44,784 bases of DNA from sequence record JQ011317; one strand, 5' to 3'. Below are positions 35,597-44,784 of the stretch, one piece after another. The stretch is from Escherichia phage TL-2011b. The notes under the pieces are model-generated. The model saw nothing but the letters and a program-made list of their open reading frames with translations. It made no database searches and was not told where the DNA came from. Positions within the stretch are counted from its first letter, which is position 1, and each line of letters starts with the position of its first letter. The position numbers were made by a program, and so were the translations under genes.

Positions 35597-35611
35597 TCAC
35601 CTGAAAGGTAA
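35597..35611. promoter_or_regulatory. TCACC-N5-GGTAA site upstream of the tailspike gene
   Basis: TCACCTGAAAGGTAA, one mismatch to the recurring palindrome. Confidence 0.35.
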
Positions 35612-35715
35612 TATCTGTTCGTATTTATGGGTTATCTATCCATATGTGGTTTTTCAGGTAATAGAATAACCGGATATGCGGCGCAACGGGTGCTGCGACT
35701 ATCTGGAGATTTAAC

Positions 35716-37809
35716 ATGACGGTCTCAACCGAAGTTGACCACAACGAATACACCGGTAACGGTGTTACAACGACATTCCCTTATACCTTCAGGATTTTCC
35801 AGAAATCTGATTTAGTAGTGCAGGTTGTTGACCTGAACGAGAACATCACAGAGCTGATTCTTGACACTGATTACATAGTTACTGGGGCTGGAGGATACAA
35901 TGGTGGCAATATAATTCTGTCGAAGGCATTGGTTAGCGGTTATCTGATTTCTATATCACGAGAGCTCCCGGTTACGCAGGAAACTGATTTGCGTAATCAG
36001 GGTAAGTTCTTTGCAGAAGTGCATGAGGATGCTTTTGATAAGCTAACGATGCTGATCCAGCAGGTTCGAAGTTGGTTTAGCTTGGCGCTGCGTAAGCCGT
36101 CATTCGTGGCAAATTATTATGATGCGCTTAACAATTACATCAGAAACTTACGCGATCCTTCAACCCCCCAAGATGCAGCCACTAAAAATTATGTTGATAC
36201 ACAGCTCAGTTCTAACCTGGGGTGTACTTTGCGCGTTCAGGAGCAGATACCGCAACTTCCTGATGCTGCCTCCCGCGCAAACAAGATGCCTGCTTTCGAT
36301 AACGATGGTAACCCTATTGTTGTGCTTCCTCCATCAGGGTCTGCGTCTGACGTATTGATCGAGCTAGCCAAGCCAACTGGATCTGACTTGGTTGGTTATG
36401 GGTCACAGACGGTTAAAGCAACCCTTGATAGCCTGAATAGCATGCGGGAGGAGCTTCTTGATAAAACAGGATTTAATGCGCTGGGGCGCTTCCTTAATCT
36501 TTCAGAGCTTCGCTCCTGTGTTCCGGAGGAGGCAGGGCAGATTGTATACGTAGCATCAGCAGCTAGCACTACACATGCTGAAAACCACCTTGGTGGCGGC
36601 TTTTTCGAGTCTGTTGATAACATTCAGGCGTGGGCTGATGATGGTGGAATTGTAATCAAGCCAGAAACTGGAACGATGGTATGGAGACGAATTAATTTTA
36701 CCACTTACGACATGCAATTTTGGGGGGTGAAACCTGACGGAGTCACAGATAACGCAACAGCTATAACTCTTGCAACTAACTTTGCTCGCTCAAACAAATG
36801 CATTCTAGAGGCTCCTGCTGGAAACATAAATACATCAAAAACAATCCCAATTTATGACAATATGGGAATTAGAGGACAGGGAAAGGCTGAAGCGACAGTT
36901 TTTTATAAAACAACAAATGACAAAATAGATCTCACAAAAAATGGAGAAGTAATTCTTCAGGTGGATGCATTATGTGCTTTTATACCAAAGCAATGGGATC
37001 TAACAGATAACTCAATTAGTTCATTTTGTGTTAACGGTAGAGTTGAAAACTGCATGTTTAGAAGGCTTGGCTTAACACAAGAAAATGTAGATTCTTATAG
37101 AAATTATTACGGACTGTTTTTAGGAAAATCAGCAGCACCAGTTATCAGACAGTCAATTTTTGAATGTGCTTATATCGGATGCTTCTCTTATGTGCCGTTC
37201 TCTGGCGTAATGGAAATGGTCGGTTTCCCACAATATCCAGGGAAAGGATATGCTGGAGTTTTGTTTGAAGATTTTAGGGATGGTCAAATAAAAGTAATTG
37301 GCACTTCTATGGATATGCGCCTTGTTCAAGTTAATGGTTACCAGTTGTCATTTAGAATGTCCGGGATGCAATATACTACCATGACCAATTGTACAGCTGA
37401 AAACTGCACGCCAATGGATGGGGAATCAACTTGCTACGCATTTGATTTTGTAAATCCGTATTGCATTGTCATGAATACTTGTGCAACAGAATTTGTTAAA
37501 GGGGGGCAATTGCGTGTTAGCGTTCAGGGAAACCCATCATTCCGCCCATCTATTATTGTCAATGGCTTTCTACCAATTGACCAACAAAGTCCAGTAGTGC
37601 AAACACCTATAATTGATATTGACAATGGTGGTGTTGTTGAAATGAGTGTCATATTGAATGGTGGTGATTGGGCAATAAATCCATCGGCTGTAAATTTAAC
37701 TTCTCCAAAAGCAAGTGGTAATGGGTTGAAGGTAAGATTGATCGGTGTAAATGGCTCTCCTTCTTCGGTGTGGAGTGCGTCTTCTGGTGCAGAAGTAAGG
37801 GAGTTCTAA
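35716..37809 (+). CDS. Tailspike / tail fiber protein
   Basis: 697 aa; N-terminal virion-attachment-type domain followed by a long beta-rich C-terminal region; GGAGA Shine-Dalgarno. Confidence 0.65.
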   Translation: MTVSTEVDHNEYTGNGVTTTFPYTFRIFQKSDLVVQVVDLNENITELILDTDYIVTGAGGYNGGNIILSKALVSGYLISISRELPVTQETDLRNQGKFFAEVHEDAFDKLTMLIQQVRSWFSLALRKPSFVANYYDALNNYIRNLRDPSTPQDAATKNYVDTQLSSNLGCTLRVQEQIPQLPDAASRANKMPAFDNDGNPIVVLPPSGSASDVLIELAKPTGSDLVGYGSQTVKATLDSLNSMREELLDKTGFNALGRFLNLSELRSCVPEEAGQIVYVASAASTTHAENHLGGGFFESVDNIQAWADDGGIVIKPETGTMVWRRINFTTYDMQFWGVKPDGVTDNATAITLATNFARSNKCILEAPAGNINTSKTIPIYDNMGIRGQGKAEATVFYKTTNDKIDLTKNGEVILQVDALCAFIPKQWDLTDNSISSFCVNGRVENCMFRRLGLTQENVDSYRNYYGLFLGKSAAPVIRQSIFECAYIGCFSYVPFSGVMEMVGFPQYPGKGYAGVLFEDFRDGQIKVIGTSMDMRLVQVNGYQLSFRMSGMQYTTMTNCTAENCTPMDGESTCYAFDFVNPYCIVMNTCATEFVKGGQLRVSVQGNPSFRPSIIVNGFLPIDQQSPVVQTPIIDIDNGGVVEMSVILNGGDWAINPSAVNLTSPKASGNGLKVRLIGVNGSPSSVWSASSGAEVREF

Positions 37810-37820
37810 CTATACAAACA

Positions 37821-37875
37821 TTGACATAATTAATATGTTAATCTAATCTGCCGGAAATTTCAACCATTCCGGCAG
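37821..37875 (+). promoter_or_regulatory. Promoter-like element and 5' hairpin upstream of the acyltransferase gene
   Basis: TTGACA at 37821-37826; inverted repeat CTGCCGGAA / TTCCGGCAG (37848-37875) ends 4 nt before the ATG. Confidence 0.35.
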
Positions 37876-37879
37876 AGTT

Positions 37880-38986
37880 ATGAATAATAAAGGTAATATA
37901 ATTCAAAGTCTTACATCGTTGAGAATGTTTGCCGCTCTTGGTGTTTTTGTTAGTCACCTTGGGCTATTGTCTCAATCATCAATTGGTGTGTTTAATGCTG
38001 CGGCAAAGTATTTTTTTAATGGTTACATAGGTGTGACATTTTTCTACATTCTTTCTGGTTTTATTATAAACTATAGTTTCATAAATCATGTAGAAAAAGA
38101 AGCATTCAGCAATAAAGATTTTATTGTGTACAGAATAGCAAGAATATTTCCTGTGCATATTGTAGCTCTTCTTTGCTTTATTTTAATATTTATGCATGGT
38201 AAGATGGGTGATGGTATTAGTAAGGAAATGCTTATTTCAAATGTGTTTCTGGTGCAGTCATTCATCCCAATTCAGGATTATTATTTTTCTTTTAACTCCG
38301 TTTCATGGAGTATCTCATGTGAGATGTTTTTCTACGTTTCATTCTGCTTCTTAACAAGGCTAAAAACAAAATATTTAGTCTGTGTTCTGTTATTTGTTCT
38401 TGTGATTAATTTCTATTTCTTAATTAACCCGCCCATAACAATATCACAGCACTGGTTGTTTTATATAAACCCAGCATTTAGAATTGGTGATTTTATTATA
38501 GGGATGATGCTCTGTAGAGTATTTATTAATACTAGTGCAAGACCTAACAATACTGTTTGCAGTATCATTGAAATTGCATCAATATTGTCATTGCTTTTGA
38601 CAGTATATATAGCAACAAACTATATTACATATATGAATATAAAGTATGATGTTCTATATATTCCTTGCATGGCATTTATAGTTATTGCCTTTGCTTTTAA
38701 TGGTGGGATATTATCTAAAATTCTTAAAAATAGATTTATGGTTTTGCTTGGCGAGGCTTCTTTTTCATTTTATATGTTTCACTGGATGATTATTCAAATA
38801 GTAACAAAAATATTGAGCGTAGAAAAAGACAACTTTATCGATATGTTGGTGTATGTTGTTTTATCTTTGTTTGTTTCTATTATTGCATCAATACTATCAT
38901 TCAAGTTGATAGAAATGCCAATAAATAAAACAATAAGAAGATGTTGGAAAAAATATAGGGGGATGCAGTCTGTCAGGAGTGCATGA
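37880..38986 (+). CDS. Acyltransferase family 3 membrane protein (O-antigen O-acetyltransferase, serotype conversion)
   Basis: 368 aa, about 10 predicted TM helices, AT-rich; N-terminal R..AALGVFVSH pattern typical of acyltransferase-3 proteins. Confidence 0.75.
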   Translation: MNNKGNIIQSLTSLRMFAALGVFVSHLGLLSQSSIGVFNAAAKYFFNGYIGVTFFYILSGFIINYSFINHVEKEAFSNKDFIVYRIARIFPVHIVALLCFILIFMHGKMGDGISKEMLISNVFLVQSFIPIQDYYFSFNSVSWSISCEMFFYVSFCFLTRLKTKYLVCVLLFVLVINFYFLINPPITISQHWLFYINPAFRIGDFIIGMMLCRVFINTSARPNNTVCSIIEIASILSLLLTVYIATNYITYMNIKYDVLYIPCMAFIVIAFAFNGGILSKILKNRFMVLLGEASFSFYMFHWMIIQIVTKILSVEKDNFIDMLVYVVLSLFVSIIASILSFKLIEMPINKTIRRCWKKYRGMQSVRSA

Positions 38987-39024
38987 GTATTTTTTCTTTT
39001 GTTCGTTTTAGGTGTACAAAGATT

Positions 39025-39066
39025 GAAACAGGCAACCCCACATTGATGGGGTTGCCTGTTTTCAAT
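39025..39066 (+). terminator. Strong terminator after the acyltransferase gene
   Basis: Long stem GAAACAGGCAACCCCA / TGGGGTTGCCTGTTTC around a 6-nt loop, then TTTT. Confidence 0.7.
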
Positions 39067-39342
39067 GCGTTATAAAAATAAGTTTTTTTGTTATTTAAAC
39101 TTTCTTTATTACTGATGAATCCTCACCAAATAAATTCAAGGTATAAGTCAATATATGGCATATAATAAATATATCTAAACTCACCTAATTATATATAATG
39201 TAATTTTGAACACTTAATAGATAATTGCTCCTGTTCTTTCTTCCATTCATAAAATTAAATTATGTTTATCCATATATGGTTTGTTGTGTATGATATACCC
39301 ACTCAACTAAGGGGGTGTCATGAACAGTAAACGGTGGTTGCA

Positions 39343-39747
39343 ATGTCTGCTGGTCTAACAAGTGAATCATTAAATCAGTGGCTTAGTGTGAGTTCTCTTG
39401 CTGCGGTGATAGCGGGAGTTCCTCCAGAGGTCGCTTTGGGATCTTTGGCTGGTGCGGTAATTTTTGTTACCTCTGCAGTAGAATACCCAATCCGTCGTCG
39501 TGTTCTTCTGTCGATGCTCAGCTTTCTCTGCGGCCTTCTTTTCTACAAACCGGCAGCATCAATTCTTATCGGCATAGCTAGCCTGATTCCAACCATCACG
39601 CAGGACTCATTCGAGAAAGGGATTGTATTTTCTGCAGGTGCGTTCGTGTCGGCAATTGTCGCTGTTCGTATTGGTATATGGCTCTATCACCGTTCCGATA
39701 ATCCACGCGAGTTAATTCCGGGGAGAAAAGACGATGGTAACGCATGA
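39343..39747 (+). CDS. Holin (three predicted TM helices)
   Basis: 134-aa hydrophobic protein at the head of the lysis cassette; alternative TTG start at 39334. Confidence 0.5.
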   Translation: MSAGLTSESLNQWLSVSSLAAVIAGVPPEVALGSLAGAVIFVTSAVEYPIRRRVLLSMLSFLCGLLFYKPAASILIGIASLIPTITQDSFEKGIVFSAGAFVSAIVAVRIGIWLYHRSDNPRELIPGRKDDGNA

Positions 39748-40042
39748 CCTTTTTTTACTTATCACCAATGCAGTTATTTGTACTGGCATAGCAATTCGCG
39801 TTGTCACTTTCCAGCGTAACGGATCTCAACACCGAAGATGGGGTGGGTGGATTGCTTATTTCCTGATTGTTGCTGCGGCCAGTATTCCTGTTCGTGTCGT
39901 TTATGCAATCTGGTTACGCACGCCAATGGCTGTGGATTTATCTGAGGTCATTATCAACGCTGTCATGCTTGCTGCGGTTATTAAAACGCGCGGTAACGTT
40001 GTGCAGATTTTTAAAATAACGAGGTCTAAACATGGAGATTAA
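39734..40042 (+). CDS. Second small membrane protein (holin/antiholin-like)
   Basis: 102 aa, two predicted TM helices, overlaps neighbours by ATGA-type coupling. Confidence 0.45.
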   Translation: MVTHDLFLLITNAVICTGIAIRVVTFQRNGSQHRRWGGWIAYFLIVAAASIPVRVVYAIWLRTPMAVDLSEVIINAVMLAAVIKTRGNVVQIFKITRSKHGD

Positions 40043-40661
40043 ACAATTCCAGCGAGCTGCTGGTATTAGCGAGGCGTTGGCCGCACGCTGGTTCTCGCAT
40101 ATAACTTCTGCGATGAAAGAGTTTGGTATCAGCAAAACCGAAGATCAGGCAATGTTTATTGCTCAGGTCGGGCATGAGTCTGGTGGTTTCACCCGGTTGC
40201 AGGAGAATTTCAACTACAGTGTCAGCGGTCTAGCTAACTTCGTTCGGGCTGGGCGTCTCACTCAGGGGCAGGCTAATGCACTGGGTCGCCGTGCTGGTGA
40301 ACCACCATTGCCACTTGAGCGCCAGCGCGCGATCGCAAATCTGGTATACAGCAAACGCATGGGTAACAATGCTCCCGGCGATGGCTGGAATTACCGTGGG
40401 CGCGGGCTTATCCAGATTACCGGTTTGAATAACTATCGTGACTGTGGAAACGGTCTGAAAGTTGACCTGCTGGAGAATCCTGAACTGCTGGCGCAGGACG
40501 AATACGCGGCTCGTAGCGCGGCGTGGTTCTTCTCCGGCAAAGGCTGCATGAAGTATACCGGCGATATTGCTCGTGTAACTCTGATTATCAATGGTGGCAG
40601 GAACGGCATAGACGACCGGCGAGCGCGATACATCACTGCCAGTAAGGTGCTGACGGTATGA
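40032..40661 (+). CDS. Endolysin, glycoside hydrolase family 19-like
   Basis: Motifs [12 protein letters not shown] and [12 protein letters not shown] typical of GH19 lysozyme-like endolysins. Confidence 0.75.
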   Translation: MEIKQFQRAAGISEALAARWFSHITSAMKEFGISKTEDQAMFIAQVGHESGGFTRLQENFNYSVSGLANFVRAGRLTQGQANALGRRAGEPPLPLERQRAIANLVYSKRMGNNAPGDGWNYRGRGLIQITGLNNYRDCGNGLKVDLLENPELLAQDEYAARSAAWFFSGKGCMKYTGDIARVTLIINGGRNGIDDRRARYITASKVLTV

Positions 40662-41140
40662 TCCTGACATTCGTAAAATCATATTGGAAACAGCTGCTTA
40701 TCGTGTTGATGCTTGCTGCTCTGTTCATCGTCGGAGTGGTTGCCTGGAATATACACGGCAGCCGCCAGTACGATGCCGGGTATGCGCAGGCGGAAGAAGA
40801 CCGCAAAGCCGAAGAAGACAAAGTTCGTCAGTACTACGAACAGGAGAAAGTGACCAATGAACGTGAAGCGCAGCAGAGAATCGATCAGGCGCGCAGTGAT
40901 GCTCTTGATGCTGCCGCTCGCGCTGGCAGGTTGCAGCGACAGCTCGTTGCCATCCGTGAGCAGCTCAGGCAATATAACGCCATTGTCGGCGCTGGGGCGT
41001 CAGCCGCAGATACCGGAGTTTTGCTTGCCGACGTGTTCAGCAAATCTCTCGAGAGAAATAGACAACTGGCAGAGTATGCTGACCGGGCAGCCGAAGCCGG
41101 AAGAGTCTGCGAAAAACAGTATGACACCCTGACCAGATAG
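40658..41140 (+). CDS. i-spanin (Rz-like)
   Basis: N-terminal TM helix then coiled-coil periplasmic domain; last gene of the lysis cassette. Confidence 0.6.
   Translation: MILTFVKSYWKQLLIVLMLAALFIVGVVAWNIHGSRQYDAGYAQAEEDRKAEEDKVRQYYEQEKVTNEREAQQRIDQARSDALDAAARAGRLQRQLVAIREQLRQYNAIVGAGASAADTGVLLADVFSKSLERNRQLAEYADRAAEAGRVCEKQYDTLTR
40857..41132 (+). CDS. o-spanin (Rz1-like lipoprotein) embedded in the +1 frame of the i-spanin gene
   Basis: Lipobox LALAGC after a positively charged N-region; Pro/Ser-rich mature part; AGGAGA Shine-Dalgarno. Confidence 0.5.
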   Translation: MNVKRSRESIRRAVMLLMLPLALAGCSDSSLPSVSSSGNITPLSALGRQPQIPEFCLPTCSANLSREIDNWQSMLTGQPKPEESAKNSMTP

Positions 41141-41250
41141 CATGGTATTTTTCATGGTACTGATTTCCGGTGACGGTATATAAAACGGTACGGGAAAAAT
41201 TGAGCTTTGGAAAAATGTTACCACTCAATTGGTTATGGTATCCGTAAATA

Positions 41251-41265
41251 ATTGAGTGGGAATGA
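41251..41265 (+). other. guaA: Orphan 3' terminus of guaA (IEWE-stop) at the right prophage junction
   Basis: ATTGAGTGGGAATGA encodes IEWE-stop, the GMP synthase C-terminus, with an in-frame stop just upstream; inverted copy CCACTCAATT at 41221-41230. Confidence 0.5.
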
Positions 41266-41295
41266 TTTTAATCCCTGCACTATGAATGAACAAAA

Positions 41296-41321
41296 CCCTC
41301 TGTTACTACAGAGGGTTTTTT
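41296..41321. terminator. Native guaA/yfgI bidirectional terminator
   Basis: Stem CCCTCTG / CAGAGGG, loop TTACTA, then TTTTTT; second hairpin CTTCAAG / CTTGAAG at 41325-41347. Confidence 0.6.
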
Positions 41322-41359
41322 ATCTTCAAGAATCATAGGCTTGAAGTTACTAACATCGA

Positions 41360-41899
41360 TTAATTAAACCAGCTGTCCGATTTGTTCTCTTCTGCTTTGC
41401 CCACGCTTTTCATCAGATCGCGACCGCCTTCAGTCATATTTCTGTTGGCGTCAGCTTCAGATTGCACCACATCGGTTTGCGCAGCTTTGTGCTTCAGTTC
41501 CTGATCGATAAATTCGTTTTCTCGCTTAACGCGGGCTTCTTCTTTCGCCAGCGCCAGTTTTTGTTTCTGAATCTCTAAGCTGCGTAGCTCATCTTCATAA
41601 CTTTGATCGCGTTTTTTGTCCGCAGAGGCTTCGGCGTCCAGTTTATCCTGACGAGCTTTCTTATTTGCTGCTGCCGTTGCCGCTCTTTTGTTAGCGGCGG
41701 CCTGGGCATTTGCGCGACGTTGCTTCTCTTGCTGGATTTCCCTGTTGCGCTCCGCGACCCATTCGTCATGCTGCCTTTGCTCTTCATTTTTACCTTGCTG
41801 TTCAGCTTCTGCTACAGCAGAGAGTTGATCCTGCAATGATGAGGCGATAGCCGGATAGCTTAAGGAGGCCAAGATGGCGCAAAGAAAAACTTTCTTCAT
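41360..41899 (-). CDS. yfgI: Host periplasmic coiled-coil protein, YfgI-like
   Basis: 179-aa ORF with signal peptide; size and gene order match yfgI-yfgH-yfgG-yfgF next to guaA as recalled for E. coli. Confidence 0.5.
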   Translation of the reverse strand: MKKVFLCAILASLSYPAIASSLQDQLSAVAEAEQQGKNEEQRQHDEWVAERNREIQQEKQRRANAQAAANKRAATAAANKKARQDKLDAEASADKKRDQSYEDELRSLEIQKQKLALAKEEARVKRENEFIDQELKHKAAQTDVVQSEADANRNMTEGGRDLMKSVGKAEENKSDSWFN

Positions 41900-41914
41900 G
41901 ACTCCTCCTGATTA

Positions 41915-42433
41915 TTAGCTCTTTTCAGGACATTTAGTATTTGGCTGAATACGCGTTTCGTTATACGTTGTGGTAATAACAACGGCTAAACCTGTCGTAA
42001 ACTGGCACTCTTTACCCACCTGGGTAGAGGTATACACTTTGGTGCCTTCCTTATATGTTAAAGAAACACCTTCCACTAAGGTTTTATCATTCACCATAGA
42101 ACCCGCTGCCGCGCCTACAGCTCCGCCGCCAACTGCCCCTGCCGTCGTTCCGGAATTGCTGCCAGAACCGACGTTGTGGCCGATAACACCGCCAGCGACT
42201 GCGCCAATAAGCGCGCCGAAGGCTTGTGCGTTCCGTTTATTTTGGGAGTTGTCTACGGCAACTTTTGCGGGAAGAATGGAAATAATATTAACGGTTTTAG
42301 TTTCTTGTTTGGTATTCAGTTGATCGGTTTGATAAACATCGGCGGCATGATCGTCAGCATTTGACTGGCATCCTGCCAGAGTGAATGACGCTAACATTGC
42401 CACAGGCAGAAGACATTTTTTAAATTTCATCAC
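41915..42433 (-). CDS. yfgH: Host lipoprotein with glycine-zipper region, YfgH-like
   Basis: 172 aa; lipobox LAGC; Gly-rich segment. Confidence 0.5.
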   Translation of the reverse strand: MMKFKKCLLPVAMLASFTLAGCQSNADDHAADVYQTDQLNTKQETKTVNIISILPAKVAVDNSQNKRNAQAFGALIGAVAGGVIGHNVGSGSNSGTTAGAVGGGAVGAAAGSMVNDKTLVEGVSLTYKEGTKVYTSTQVGKECQFTTGLAVVITTTYNETRIQPNTKCPEKS

Positions 42434-42743
42434 TATTCCTTGTTATACACATTACGAAAAATAAGACATTTAAGATCATCAAAAGAGGAAAGTAAATGTA
42501 TTGCGTATAAAGGGATAGATTAAATTTATTAAAATTCACGCAGGGAATAATTTATAAAAATATATCATTACAACATATATATTAATTTTATATTTATTTC
42601 GCAGCCAAACAGGATAAACATCAGTCAGGACAAAGACGTAAAATTTAAGATGAAAGAATATCTGCCGCTTTGATAATTCCAAAGAGCAAAAGCATCCGAC
42701 AGCGAAGTGCCGTTATGTTCTGTGAAAGTGGAGAAGGTAACCG

Positions 42744-42935
42744 CTAACGTTGTACCGGTGATTCGACGGAGAGTGTGGATTGCTGAGCTTCTTTTTTGCT
42801 CTGATGGTGCTGCCAGGCACCGACGGACGAGTAGATAAAACGGCCAAAGAAGAAGATAAAGCTGATGAGCAGTACGATACGGGTCATGCGACTGTTAAAT
42901 CGGTGTCGTTTTCGCATACTGGTTGCCTGACTCAC
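42744..42935 (-). CDS. yfgG: Host small membrane protein, YfgG-like
   Basis: 63-aa ORF with one TM helix. Confidence 0.45.
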   Translation of the reverse strand: MSQATSMRKRHRFNSRMTRIVLLISFIFFFGRFIYSSVGAWQHHQSKKEAQQSTLSVESPVQR

Positions 42936-43286
42936 AAAAGGTTCCTTGAAGTATGTCCCAAGCTGTGGACGGTACTTGCATTAAGGCACAACAGGACAAA
43001 ATGGTCAATTCTTCGTTATGTAAAAAAGCGTCAGTGGATACATATTTTAATGTTATGGAAGTTAATTTAATTATTTACAATGATGATGTAATAATGATGA
43101 ATTAACATGATAAACGTAATAATTCATTAATCAGGGTTATTTTGTTTGATATATATCAATTGGAACTTTCATATGACACTTAGAATCAATGCTCTCTATA
43201 GTGATGAATAATCATCATTCGAAGTCAGGTGGGATGCCTGTCTGAATACACCTCCTTCAGGATGTGGGGGATTCTGCTGAGCATCT

Positions 43287-44784
43287 ATGAAACTGAATGC
43301 AACTTATATAAAAATACGTGATAAATGGTGGGGGCTTCCGCTGTTCTTGCCTTCTTTAATCTTGCCCATTTTCGCCCACATTAATACTTTCGCGCATATT
43401 TCTTCCGGTGAGGTTTTTCTCTTTTATCTGCCTCTGGCACTGATGATCAGCATGATGATGTTTTTCAGCTGGGCGGCATTGCCAGGGATCGCCTTAGGGA
43501 TTTTTGTCCGCAAATATGCAGAGCTGGGTTTTTACGAAACGCTATCATTAACGGCTAATTTTATTATCATTCTCTGTTGGGGCGGTTACAGGGTCTTTAC
43601 TCCCCGGCGTAACAACGTTTCACATGGTGATACCCGTTTAATTTCCCAGCGTATATTCTGGCAGATTGTGTTTCCTGCAACGCTGTTTCTGATACTTTTC
43701 CAGTTTGCTGCATTTGTAGGATTACTGGCGAGCAGAGAAAATCTGGTCGGTGTCATGCCTTTTAACCTCGGGACTTTAATCAATTATCAGGCCTTACTGG
43801 TGGGTAATCTGATCGGTGTCCCGCTGTGCTACTTCATCATTCGGGTAGTGCGAAATCCATTTTATTTACGTAGCTATTATTCGCAATTAAAACAGCAGGT
43901 TGATGCCAAAGTCACCAAAAAAGAGTTCGCGCTCTGGCTACTGGCATTAGGTGCTTTATTGTTGCTGTTATGCATGCCGTTAAATGAAAAAAGCACAATT
44001 TTTAGCACCAATTATACCTTGTCATTATTGCTGCCCCTGATGATGTGGGGAGCGATGCGCTATGGTTATAAGCTGATTTCTCTGCTCTGGGCGGTCGTGT
44101 TGATGATCAGCATCCACAGCTATCAAAATTACATTCCCATTTATCCTGGCTATACCACGCAGCTGACCATAACCTCCTCCAGTTATCTGGTATTCTCTTT
44201 TATTGTCAATTATATGGCTGTACTGGCAACCCGTCAGAGAGCGGTAGTCAGACGCATTCAGCGGCTTGCGTATGTGGACCCGGTGGTTCATCTGCCAAAT
44301 GTTCGCGCCCTGAATCGCGCGTTGCGTGATGCCCTCTGGTCTGCGCTTTGTTATTTACGCATCCCTGGCATGGAAATGCTGGTTAAGAACTATGGCATCA
44401 TGCTGCGGATTCAATACAAGCAAAAACTTTCTCACTGGCTGTCACCCTTGCTGGAACCGGGTGAAGATGTTTATCAGCTTTCGGGTAACGATCTCGCGCT
44501 GCGACTGAATACAGAATCGCACCAGGAGCGCATTACCGCACTGGATAGCCATCTCAAGCAATTTCGTTTCTTTTGGGATGGCATGCCGATGCAACCGCAG
44601 ATTGGCGTCAGTTACTGCTATGTGCGCTCGCCAGTGAATCATATCTACCTGCTGCTGGGAGAGCTAAATACGGTCGCCGAACTTTCCATCGTGACCAACG
44701 CCCCGGAAAATATGCAGCGTCGCGGGGCAATGTATTTGCAACGCGAATTGAAAGATAAAGTCGCGATGATGAATCGACTACAGC
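43287..44784 (+). CDS. pdeF: Host membrane sensor protein, partial (5' part; PdeF/YfgF-like)
   Basis: ATG at 43287, open to the window end; multi-TM N-terminal domain then cytoplasmic region; not in the ORF track because it has no stop in the window. Confidence 0.5.
   Translation, partial: MKLNATYIKIRDKWWGLPLFLPSLILPIFAHINTFAHISSGEVFLFYLPLALMISMMMFFSWAALPGIALGIFVRKYAELGFYETLSLTANFIIILCWGGYRVFTPRRNNVSHGDTRLISQRIFWQIVFPATLFLILFQFAAFVGLLASRENLVGVMPFNLGTLINYQALLVGNLIGVPLCYFIIRVVRNPFYLRSYYSQLKQQVDAKVTKKEFALWLLALGALLLLLCMPLNEKSTIFSTNYTLSLLLPLMMWGAMRYGYKLISLLWAVVLMISIHSYQNYIPIYPGYTTQLTITSSSYLVFSFIVNYMAVLATRQRAVVRRIQRLAYVDPVVHLPNVRALNRALRDALWSALCYLRIPGMEMLVKNYGIMLRIQYKQKLSHWLSPLLEPGEDVYQLSGNDLALRLNTESHQERITALDSHLKQFRFFWDGMPMQPQIGVSYCYVRSPVNHIYLLLGELNTVAELSIVTNAPENMQRRGAMYLQRELKDKVAMMNRLQ

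Larger units (their letters stand above)
1..41265. mobile_element. Integrated temperate prophage, mosaic: lambdoid early genes, T7/epsilon15-like head and tail-tube genes, P22 immI-like accessory region
   Basis: Integrase at left end; repressor/cro pair; O/P replication genes; terminase; T7-like portal with Q-rich C-terminus; tailspike; lysis cassette; guaA 3' remnant (ATTGAGTGGGAATGA = IEWE-stop) at 41251-41265 followed by host yfg genes. Left att core probably lies at or just outside the window start. Confidence 0.85.

Noticed and set aside
1-44784. CRISPR arrays, IS elements, transposases, rRNA genes
   Set aside because: No regularly spaced short direct repeats, no transposase-like ORFs and no rRNA-like sequence were seen; the only tRNA is at 14420-14496.

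Overview
The window holds a roughly 41.2-kb integrated temperate prophage (about 1-41265) followed by about 3.5 kb of host chromosome (yfgI/yfgH/yfgG-like genes and the 5' part of a pdeF/yfgF-like gene). All calls come from reading the sequence and the supplied translations; no database search, alignment or folding program was run, so family names are recognitions from memory and coordinates of small elements are hand-counted. The prophage is mosaic. Left to right: a P4-type integrase; a leftward early operon (MT-A70-type methyltransferase, RecT and RecE-like recombination pair); a divergent repressor/cro-like pair; lambda O/P-like replication genes with iterons; a nin-like block; terminase small and large subunits; an antisense island with a bactofilin-like gene and a tRNA-Arg(UCU); a T7/epsilon15-like head and tail-tube module; a P22 immI-like accessory region; a tailspike; an AT-rich O-antigen acyltransferase; and a holin/endolysin/Rz/Rz1 lysis cassette. 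The right junction keeps an orphan guaA 3' end, so integration was at the guaA 3' end. The most interesting signals are: (1) a 15-bp palindrome TTACC-N5-GGTAA that recurs at 14 intergenic sites; (2) a LexA box in front of a small gene that is a stand-alone copy of the C-terminal domain shared by the two Ant proteins, next to a repressor with no autocleavage domain; (3) an mnt-like/arc-like/ant module with P22 Omnt-like palindromes and an apparent frameshift in the mnt-like gene; (4) a 97%-identical inverted repeat of about 235 bp inside the two ant genes, flanking a 1.2-kb cassette with a toxin-antitoxin-like pair and a secreted peptide gene. Two apparent frameshifts (DUF1064-like gene, mnt-like gene) may be real pseudogenes or assembly errors.
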